From Catajapyx aquilonaris (lineage: Eukaryota): a stretch of DNA of 36,658 nucleotides. Shown here piece by piece: positions 13,023 through 22,307 of the stretch (within the stretch, counting starts at the first letter, position 1; each line of letters opens with the position of its first letter). The stretch covers positions 124,001 to 160,658 of the forward strand of contig KZ538052.1 of the NCBI GenBank assembly GCA_000934665.2, in the 5' to 3' direction. Under the pieces are notes generated by a model, which was given only the letters and a program-made list of their open reading frames with translations, was not told the DNA's origin and searched no databases. The position numbers and the translations under genes are program-made.

Positions 13023-16000
13023 TTACTTCCAGAACTTGTTGAAGAATTCCATGAAGGAATCATAGATCATGAATGTGATGGCCACGTCTAGGCACACTCG
13101 GCTCAGTCTTGGGACGGTGCCCTTGTAGAACCTGTCAAAGGGAATCCAATCGGATGAGACCAAGCTCTGAAACAACCCAACTGTGTGGGTGTCAATTCTG
13201 ATAAAGTTCCAAACTCACGCTCGGGGGCCTTCATTCTTCCAGATCTTCACAGCACAGTCTAATGTGTTCTTGTACTGGGCTGCTTCCAATCCCTATGGGC
13301 AAAGAGCATTTAAAAATGCAGTTGCTCACAATCCTCTGTGAAGATGTATATGAAGATGATGAAGATGATGATGAAGATTGGATACCCTGTGATAGGCCAC
13401 CTTGGACATCTTAGGGGATCACCTTTAATAATTGCCTGCACTGTGATGGATTTTGATTGCGGGAGGAAACGGGAGAACCCCGAGAAAACCCACGTGAACA
13501 CGGAGAGAACCCATTGAAACTCTATCCACATATGCATCCTCCGTCTGACCCGGAGATCGAACTCGGGACCTCGGAGGTGGAAGGCTGTGGCACTAACCAC
13601 TCCCACCGTGTCGCCCCATGAAGATGTATATGTAGTGAATACATATTGAGCAATTGTGAAACATACCGACATCATGCACAGTACCATCGATCCAAATGCA
13701 ACAGATTTCTGAGTTGTTTACACTGTACAGTACAACTATTAAATGACTGGAACCCCGCCATATGTAAATGAGACACCCAAATTACCTGCATTCTCGTCTT
13801 AACCACATCAATAGGGGTGTTTCCAAAGACAGAAGCTGCGCCAGCCAATGCACCAAAGGTACCAACAACGATCTTGGGCACATGTGCAGTCGGATCTCCT
13901 TTGCGGTACCAATCCTTCAGTGTCTCCATTACATAAAAGCGAATGGCTTGATTACTGCCCTGCTTCATCATTGTTGCTGTCAGGCCCTGGTAAGTTCCCT
14001 TTATTCCTTAAAAAAATTAGTATGAGAGTTGATTTGGGATACAATCGTTGGCGAACTGGCATTGTGAGATCCCGACTTCATTTCTGGGGAAAGCTTAAAT
14101 ATATCAGGAATATCAGAATTAATGGATACTATTTATTCTTTAGTAATTATTGATTCCAACATCAGTTAAATGAGAAATTCTGAGCACACAGTCCTAACTT
14201 ACAGTTAGTCCAACTGGCTATTATTATAATATTTGGGATGTGATGGCGAGAAGCTCACCTTGCTCCTTGATGATCTCTCTGACACCATGGAAGAACCCCC
14301 TGAACTTTGGGTTTGCAGATCGCTGGTCATTGATGAATTTCACCTTGATGGTTTCCATAGGTGTCACAGCTAATATTGCCTCGGCCACACCAGCCCCCAA
14401 ACCGCACAGCAATCGATTTCCTGGAGCTAAGTTTCCCTTCTCATCTACGAAATACTTCTTCAACTGCTCAAATGCACCAAACCTATGTGATCAAGCTATA
14501 ATTAATGCAAATGTAATCTGCACTGTTCTCAGCTGGTTACACAACTCACCTTACTGCAGATTTTGGTATGGACCCATACACAAGGACGCTGAGACCACGA
14601 TACAGACCCAGGACTCCATGAGATCGGACGGTCTTCTTCACGCAATCAATTATTCCCTCATATTGTTTTTTACCCCCTCCAGCTTTCTGATCTAGCTGCA
14701 GCTGAGTCTTAACATATTCCGTTGGGTATGTTATGCAGATTTCTATGCCTCCAGTGATTCCACCTGCAAAGAAACATGTGCTGTTTTAGTGCTTCATAAA
14801 TAAGAATAGGGTCAGGACCTCTCTGACTCATGCCAGGATCTGTGCAGCAGATACAATATATGGCCCATAATCTGGCAGTTGCGGTTGGTTAGTCATAGTC
14901 TGCAACTTGAACAGCACATCCTCATTGTTAATTTATAGCATGAAATTACTAGTTCACACATGGCAAGATAAGATATGTACGAAGCTACAGTTTCTAAGTC
15001 CCTCGACCAGGCTTTTTCCACATCACTTAACGCTGGTTACACAAAAAAGTGGCTTGGACTCTTTACGTCATTCCCTGACTTCCCTCAACAAACCACAAAA
15101 AAACTTCAAGGCTCTTGCATAAAAAATAAGGTCACCACACTAGGCAACCCCTACCCTCTCAGGCAATTCTCATGCAAACTTTATTAATAGACATGGTCAG
15201 TCACCACTAGAATTATGCCCAAAAATACGGTAGTATATTAAGAATCATGTTTTAAACGTCATGAAATACACTGTACTCCAAATTATCCATGCTAATGAAT
15301 ACCTGGATGTCCCAGATAAAAGGAAAATATAGGTAATCAAAAAACGGCCCTAGATACCATAAAAATTAAGAGGTCATCCTATAGGCTGCTTTAAATAAGG
15401 TGCAATTAAAACAATGCACTTAACCCTTGGCTACGTAGGTGGCCAAAACACATTTAACTAAGTAGGTGGAACCTGAGCGGCTCCAACGGTATATTTAAAT
15501 CTCTGCTTATCAGCTCAATTGTTATATTAGACTTTTCACATACAGAAAGTGCAGTTCAGATAATTAGGCTTCCGAAAATGTAAAAATCACATGCTGAGTC
15601 AGCGTATTAGGACAGAAAAAAATTCGTAACGAGGAACAGGTCCCACCTTGGAGCCGCTCAGGCTCCACCTACGTAGTAAAGGGTGCTGTGGTTTTCCCTA
15701 TTCAGACTCTCTCCACGGACAGCACCCTTTACTACGTAGATGGAGCCAGAGCGGCTCCAAGGTGGGACCTGTTCCTCGTTGCGAATTTTTTTCAGCCAAA
15801 GAATGGCGACGAAAATTGTTTTTTTCGTCTTTTCAAGCTTAGGAAGGTTTTTGTGACAAAGTCACGGAAGGACAGGGGGGAAAAAACATTTAATGAAAAA
15901 GTTACATGCGTTTAAATAGTGGTTGGAGCCTCTCAGGCTCCACCTACGTAGTTAAGGGTTAACACAGATTTTAAATGTGGGGAAATTCTGCTAGATTTTT

Positions 16001-16516
16001 TTGTGAGACATCATTCTCGCTTACTTTTATTTCCTACCTCTTTTTTTTTTTGGTGATGCATGGATAATCTGCACCCAGATAATCAGGAATACTGCATATG
16101 TAAATGTAACGGGGAACGAGTATGAGCCACCTGTCTTCAGAAATGAATGAGGTGGCCATACACTGTCAGATTGGCAATATTAAGAGCGGTAAAACTACCC
16201 ATCGTTAACGACGTTAACACTTATGTTACGCTTCGTGTGCATTGACCCAGCTTGGACTGAACCACTGACCACCAACAGTGCAATGCCATGGCAATGTCAT
16301 TAACCATCATTGGGAGCACCCACCTGCCACGATCCCCTTGAGCCCCACATTGCCCGGACCTCCAACTGCTGCAGCTGCCCCACTCCCGACCATCCATGGC
16401 CTGAAGAGGAAGGGTGTCGCTCCTTGCCCCAGATGGTACCTCATCAGGGAGGAGGAGGAGGAGGATCCCTCCTGGTGACCCGGCGCCTTCCTCATGCTCG
16501 ACGACGGCGGGATCAT
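13023..16516 (-). CDS. SLC25A1: Mitochondrial tricarboxylate (citrate) carrier, SLC25 family; 6 coding exons: 16516-16324, 14763-14550, 14482-14259, 14006-13786, 13292-13219, 13131-13023 (~344 aa)
   Basis: Spliced translation gives ...[11 protein letters not shown]...[32 protein letters not shown]...[13 protein letters not shown]...[11 protein letters not shown]...[24 protein letters not shown]...FWK*. It has three PX[DE]XX[KR] carrier signatures, all introns are GT..AG and all phases join in frame (1035 nt). The start is the first ATG (AAACATG); in-frame downstream ATGs are alternatives. Confidence 0.96.
13353..13618 (-). mobile_element. tRNA-derived SINE (V-domain-like), copy 1, in SLC25A1 intron 4
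   Basis: Minus-strand head GGGCGACACGGTGGGAGTGGTTAG...GAGTTCGATCTCC with A/B boxes; body GTTCTCTCCGTGTTCACGTGGGTTTTCTCGGGGTTCTCCCGTTTCCTCCC; (ATC/TTC)n tail. 14-bp TSD TGAAGATGTATATG at 13339-13352 and 13619-13632. A second copy occurs at ~20.5 kb. Confidence 0.88.
15424..15958. mobile_element. piggyBac-like composite MITE in SLC25A1 intron 1
   Basis: TTAA at 15420-15423 and 15959-15962 flanks CCCTT...AAGGG termini. The motif CTACGTAGGTGGAGCCTGAGCGGCTCCAA recurs near both ends and in an internal 75-bp inverted repeat (15615-15689 / 15719-15793). Confidence 0.8.
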
Positions 16517-16599
16517 GTTTCTCAACCAGACGTATTCAGTTACTGTCTGTCTGAGGCGGGCAAGTCCCCCTGATGTTTTTTAAGAGTGTGCAGCCGGTC

Positions 16600-16760
16600 G
16601 GGGCACGAGGTGGACACGGGCAGGGCTGGCCGGGTGGAAGGGGTAAAAAGAGAGGTTTCAACACCCGGGTGGGATCGTCATCACGGCGCCATCTTGGATT
16701 TTATTACACGGCCCGGTGTTGCCAGGTTGTGCGGAAGAGAAATGGGTTACCGTATTAGGG
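16600..16760 (-). promoter_or_regulatory. Putative SLC25A1 core promoter/5' leader
   Basis: CpG-rich segment upstream of the ATG with a YY1/Pho-type CAAGATGGCG (16696-16687) and TGGCAACACC (16724-16715). Confidence 0.5.
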
Positions 16761-16914
16761 TATTTCCATTATCAACTCGACCTTGGAAGAATGTTCTACA
16801 TGCAAATAACTGTTCATAACACATCTGAATATGCTACAGTAGTCTTATATTTATAAAGTATGAAATTGGGTCCAAAAGAGATACACATTTCTTGCTAACA
16901 CAAAACCTCTCTTA

Positions 16915-17054
16915 GGGCCGGTTTCACCGAGCTCGGTATATGATAAAACCAAGGTTTCTTTAGGAAAATCCCTATGGAAAATCCACACAAATATGTTGGG
17001 ATTTTCCGAAAGAACCCTGGTTTTATCATATACCGAGCTCGGTGAAACCGGCCC
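16915..17054. mobile_element. PIF/Harbinger (Tourist-like) MITE, 140 bp
   Basis: Near-perfect ~55-bp TIRs GGGCCGGTTTCACCGAGCTCGGTATATGATAAAACC..., with a 3-bp TTA TSD at 16912-16914 and 17055-17057. Confidence 0.85.
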
Positions 17055-17526
17055 TTATGGGGTGTCCACGCATGGGGCAGTTTTAGCACAAATTTCAGTC
17101 GTAAATACCTCCCAATCTGCACATGGTCTCTCAGTGCCAGAATTGCCAGAATCAATTCGATCATTACAAGTAAGACCAAAACTAGTGCAAATACCATCCA
17201 TGTGTAGACTCACAATAATTTACACTGCATGTATTTTTGGCTCTGCACTGATGAAAGACATGAGAATAAGTCCAGCTTACAGCCTGTGAGAAGTCTCATA
17301 AATGGATTAGGGTGTCACCCACAAAATATGTCATGCTCATAGATAAGGAATGATAGCCGAGTTATGACCCATGCCCCCACAGGCAGGATCACTCAAGCCA
17401 GACAGGTCTTTGCGATGTAGGAGACAAGCCCACAAAGATAACTGCCTTTCCTATTATCGCTCTCTCGTATATGTATATCTATCTTCTTATAACCAGATAG
17501 CCTTAGTTGCTTCAGCTTCTTCCCAC

Positions 17527-17562
<36 letters not shown>

Positions 17563-17573
17563 CCAACCAACCA
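17527..17573. repeat. (TCAA)n/(CCAA)n microsatellite
   Basis: Nine TCAA units followed by CCAA units, directly visible. Confidence 0.9.
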
Positions 17574-17739
17574 TATTGGTAGATATGCAGACACAGGAGT
17601 ACCTTGCTAATACAGCAGGTTCAGTTCCAGACCACCACTGTAGAGCAAGTATTGCCATNGCAAGGGGGGAGGGGGGGTAAAAATAGCAAAAAGAAGCAGT
17701 TGACGCACCCTCCGGGAAAGTCTATCACTTATCCGCACC

Positions 17740-18550
17740 TAGGCGGGGTTGGGGCAACATGGTGGACCCCAAACATGTTGGCTACACGGCGCTGCAAACA
17801 ATCGGTTGCCGGGAGAGCACAACACAGGGCGTCTTCTTACCCCTGCCATGCGAACCGATCAGATGAGTGCTGGGACCACGGTCATAATGAAGGAGGTAGC
17901 AAATTTGACCACCAAAAGGGTTATGGTACTGCAGTTCGTTAACCCAAAGAACGACATGACGTAATACCAGCCATGTTTTCTGAGCATGTGCAGTAGTATG
18001 TCTGCAGAGTGAGTCATGATTGGAGGGCAGAGCCTGGTGGAAGTGGGCGGATCGTGACGTCATGTCGTTCGTTGATTTCACGGACTGTGTGGAGGTCAAC
18101 TTCGCGTTTGGCAAAGCCACAATAACGTTCATTGGCCTACGGCGCACAATGAGGACAGCATTGTAGGTGTATACAAACCCACATCAAGCTTTAGCTCCGC
18201 AATAACTACAAACATCACGCACGGGAGACGTACCATTGCTGGCATGGCCACAGCAATGGACAGTACTGTTGCAGTAACAAAAAGCCATACAGCATCACCA
18301 ACACAAAGGGCTATTCCATCCTATAATCACCTCAAAATCTCCCGAAGGTACTGTTTCCTAATTGATTCAGCGAATGGGCCATATATTTGACATAATTAAG
18401 CCCTTCATGCCTCCTTGGCACATCGAGAAAAATTTCCAGGTGTTCATGTCAGTAGTTGGTCATGAACACACTCCGTCACGACCTGGCAGGTTAATCGAAC
18501 ACACTTCGTCAAGACGTGCGACCCACCAAGAAATGCTACTTTGGTTTGCC
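17740..18550 (+). pseudogene. Possible decayed ankyrin-repeat coding sequence
   Basis: GC-richer island with fragments GAT/VDPKHVGYTALQ (17762-), VEVNF..HWPTAHNEDSIV, FLIDS..ALHAS (18355-18414) and HTP/HDLA (18467-18488), with many stops and frameshifts. Confidence 0.35.
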
Positions 18551-19074
18551 AAGACATAGTAACCACGATAGCAACCGTGAAGGCATTTGAATTTGGCAGC
18601 AGTATCAAGGCACCCGATTGTTTGCGACGCACCGTTGCCAACCATCGGGAGGTCCCAGCTCGCCCAACCCCGCCCGCGTTGTTGAGGTGCGGATGAACTG
18701 TAGCCTAGCCCAGATTCCGCTGATTGTAAGTCAATGCCGTAAGAGCAAGAAAAGCACCACAAATAATAATCGAAATTAATAGAACTGAAATTATAGAAGG
18801 ATCTGCTAGTCGAATATATTACACCCCTTTGGGGGAGGGTTATTGGTTGAGTGCCTCCAAATCCAGAATTCAACATGACATGTTTTATGAATGACCCCCT
18901 TGTCACATCTTTAAAAAAAACCACAATGAAAATTTCAAGTGTAAGAGGGCCCTGCAATCACATTTATGAACTTAGCGCCATAAAATCAGCAAGCACTACC
19001 ATGTAGGACAGGGCAATGAACTGGCAATGACAACACACTGAGATACAGTAGATGACACAAAAAAAAAAACCAAT

Positions 19075-20431
19075 CTACCACCCAGGAGTGGTGTTGGCCA
19101 ATCGTCGCATTCTCCTGGTGTTTCTGTCCTGGTCCCTGATCTTCTTCTCCATCTCAGCATCGGTAAGTGTCTCCAGGAAGGGTGACCATTGATCTGCCTC
19201 AGACGGGTTCCGAAATGGCACTTCCACAGTGGGTAGAGGGGCCTCGCTGAATGCGTAGGTGCGCTGGTGCCAACTCAACTGGCCTCGAATACTGTATGCA
19301 ATTGCTGTCACAAACTCCCCTCCGAGGCCAAGTTCTGCACAGAGCCTCACAGCAAATGATTCCGGGTTGTTCTCCTTCTCACTCATATCCCATTCTATCT
19401 GGTCCACTAAGCTGACGTTGCCTACATGAATGTTCAGCTGTGGAATTAAAAAGATGGCAAGACAGTGTTTTGTTTGTCCAGGATTCCACCTACAGGCAAG
19501 GCAAATCTAAATAATTCGTGACTATCATTTACCTTGATGATGACCCTTTGATCAGTCTGCTCCTCCAGAAGGTTGTCGGTAATATACATATCTATTTGCT
19601 GGCGTGTGGCCTGGGCTATCGCAGGGACAAATGTGAGTGGATTCAGATCCAGATCATCACACAACACTTCGGCAAACTGCTCAGGTGTTATCAGCATCTC
19701 TGTAACATATTGTTGACAAAATTGTTGACAACAATCACTAGTAGTGTGATCAAATATGATACTGGTAATATCAGGAGATTTCCCACCATTCTTATTCCAG
19801 GTGAATGTGTCCCTAAGTTTCTGGCCCTCAATCTCCATATCCAGGCGAATTGGGACAAGCAGCTCCTGTTGACTGCCATTCTCATGCACAGATGCAGGAT
19901 CAGTGTCATCAAAGCTGAAATATACAAGCACTTACAATTAGTATAAATAAGACTTGCAAGAGATATCGCTACTCAATGTGAGTATAATCTAACGGTAAGC
20001 CACACACCAAGCATTACGCAGAAAAAGAATATACAACAACTACAACGACACCATCACGACATTCCCTGTAAGGGGTAGCCAGCGATGAAGGGAGATGCAA
20101 GTTAACCCCACATAAACTTGTAAGAATAAAACTATAAACAACCCATCCCACGCCCCACCCCTGCCCATCACAGATGACGGACAGGATGGCAGGTACCCCG
20201 ATCATCATGTGCCGACCAGCAGGATCCTCTCTGGCCACTCTGACACCCTGGCCGCTCAGTCGACTTCACTCCGCCCTAAGTTAAGGCATGCAGGCCCTAC
20301 TCTGCTGCGTACTGAGGGTAGGGGCTCTCCCTGCCCTTTCGATCCGCAGCCGCCTGCTAGTGTGTGTGATTGTCTGCATGAATGCTCCTGTCATCTCATA
20401 TGTATACCTCCCTCCTCCTTCATTACTCACC

Positions 20432-20498
<67 letters not shown>

Positions 20499-21690
20499 GA
20501 TACCCCGTGATAGGCCCCTTGGGCCTCTTAGGGGATCATCTTTTTGAATAACCGACTTTAATCATTTGCCTGAAATGTGATGGATTTTGATAGTGGGAGG
20601 AAACGGGAGAACCCCGAGAAAACCCACGTGAACACGGAGAGAACCCATCGAAACTCTATCCACATTAAGTATCCTCCGTCCGACCTGGGGATCGAATTCG
20701 GGACCTTAGAGGTGGAAGGCTGCGGCGCTAATCACTCGGCCACCGTGTCGCCCAACACCCACATTAATTAACCTACACCTTTTACACCTATCCAAACAAA
20801 CAACCTTACCCTCAGCCACGTCCATGATACTCTTGACACATGAATGTCTAGGCTTAACACTAGCAACACCATTCTGCTTAAGACACTGAACCACCTGGTC
20901 CAGCCATGCCTTCCTAGGCCTACCCTTGCCCCTCGACCAACACTGTCAGTAATAAGGAAATTTTATAAGAAATCTCAAGAAAGCAGGGCCTTCCCTTTCA
21001 CTCCAGCACACAAAATGTGCTGATTGCATCTTTATCTATCACTAGGAAAACCTTCGCTCCGCTCGCATTTTCCTAGGACCCAGGCCTAGAAAACCGTCAT
21101 TCCTAGTGCCACCACATAAATAAATCCATTTACATGCCAGGCAGAGAGCTAAGAATTGAGTCACAGGTTCCACCCACCATAGAGGAAAGGTGCGGACTTT
21201 CTTATTGTTGACCCTGTTGCGGTTGATGGGTGTTGCCTGCGGCACAGCATCCAGATGGGAGCTGTTGGGCAGGGAGGGCACCCAAGGCGTGCTCTTCCGG
21301 GCCTTCCCTTCCCTGGGCAGGCCAGGCGGCTCCAAGGAGTGCACAGACATGGCCTTGAACCGCTCGTCATTCCCCTCAATGATGTCCTCCACCTCCGTGG
21401 CCTTCAGCAGCGACACGTTGGAGGCCAGCACATGCTGGCTCAGCCCCAGCTCCGCCAGCTTCTTCCTCTCCTCATTGGTGATGCTCCTCCGGTACATCCC
21501 AGGGTACTTCTTGTACAGCGACCCTCTGAACAGCCGGAGGTAGTTCCCCACCTGCAACCAACATTGTGTAAGTACACCACCGCATAGGTCATGCATGCAC
21601 CAAACTGACCTCCGACCCGATGCAGTAGTACTCCCCATTCTCCTCCAGCTGGAAGCTGATGGGCTTGTCTCCGTACGTCCTGATGGCCAT
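19075..21690 (-). CDS. SMARCB1: SWI/SNF (BAF) chromatin-remodelling core subunit SNF5/SMARCB1/Snr1; 5 coding exons: 21690-21610, 21551-21178, 19914-19787, 19699-19533, 19437-19075 (370 aa)
   Basis: Translation [45 protein letters not shown]...[25 protein letters not shown]...[18 protein letters not shown]...[20 protein letters not shown] shows the winged-helix, SNF5 repeat and C-terminal coiled-coil regions. Introns are GT..AG and phases are consistent (1113 nt). Confidence 0.97.
20438..20497. repeat. (AAT)n microsatellite, SINE tail
   Basis: About 20 perfect AAT units, directly visible. Confidence 0.95.
20441..20755 (-). mobile_element. tRNA-derived SINE (V-domain-like), copy 2, in SMARCB1 intron 2
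   Basis: Highly similar to 13353-13618, with an (ATT)n tail and a 13-bp TSD CACCCACATTAAT at 20428-20440 and 20756-20768. Confidence 0.88.
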
Positions 21691-21779
21691 CCTCGACCTC
21701 TGTCCGGTGGAACTCCGACACAACAACGTGTACCACAAGAAGTCGACAGACCTGGAAGAATCCTTCACCGGCACGGGTC

Positions 21780-21900
21780 GATTGTAGCCGTCGCCGCTTG
21801 TGGGATCGCACGCCACAGGGTTGCCACCTGCAGCAGGGTTGCCAGCCTCAAAGCAATACAGTACCGTATTGTGTCGCCACTAGATGGCACTGGCGATCCT
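21780..21900 (-). promoter_or_regulatory. Putative SMARCB1 promoter with paired CAGGGTTGCCA motifs and a CTCF-like site
   Basis: CAGGGTTGCCA at 21816-21826 and 21834-21844; CCACTAGATGGCAC at 21877-21890; CpG-rich. Confidence 0.5.
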
Positions 21901-22307
21901 GCGAGCGGTTTGATTTAACTAGGTAAATATTGCACAGTGCACTGATTGCTTGACTGATTGAGTGATTGTCATTCAAAATTAAATGCATATTATTTATTTT
22001 ATTTTTTAATTATTTGTTACCACATTGGACGAATCCGGCGCTTCATTAGGGGGGGTGGAATACCACCATTTATTGACAACCAAAGAAAGCGTATTAGGCA
22101 TACGGTTCAATTATTGGTGCTACCCCACCCGAACTGTAGTATTCCCGATGCATCGTGTCCTGAGGGGACCTCGAAGCCTTTAAAATATTTGCAAATAGTT
22201 CGCGAAGAGGAGCAGGCTCTATTTCCCTATAGGGGAAAAGGGGCACCTCTGCAGCCATAACTTTTATCATTTAAAAAAACTCCCGCATAGGCTCTGCTGC
22301 AGGAAGA

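Noticed and set aside
13545..13617. tRNA gene
   Set aside because: A/B boxes are present, but it is the head of a SINE with body, tail and TSD; no convincing cloverleaf.
16517..16525. ORF-track start at 16525 for SLC25A1 exon 1
   Set aside because: It is a TTG codon; eukaryotic initiation more plausibly uses the ATG at 16516 or a downstream ATG.
17659..17659. Single N base
   Set aside because: Assembly ambiguity or possible gap, not biology; adjacency across it should be treated with caution.
20288..20551. Poly-Asn ORF
   Set aside because: Translation of the (AAT)n SINE tail inside an intron.
21691..21816. N-terminal extension of SMARCB1 suggested by ORF 21589-21816
   Set aside because: It starts at a non-ATG codon, and family similarity begins at [10 protein letters not shown] (21690).
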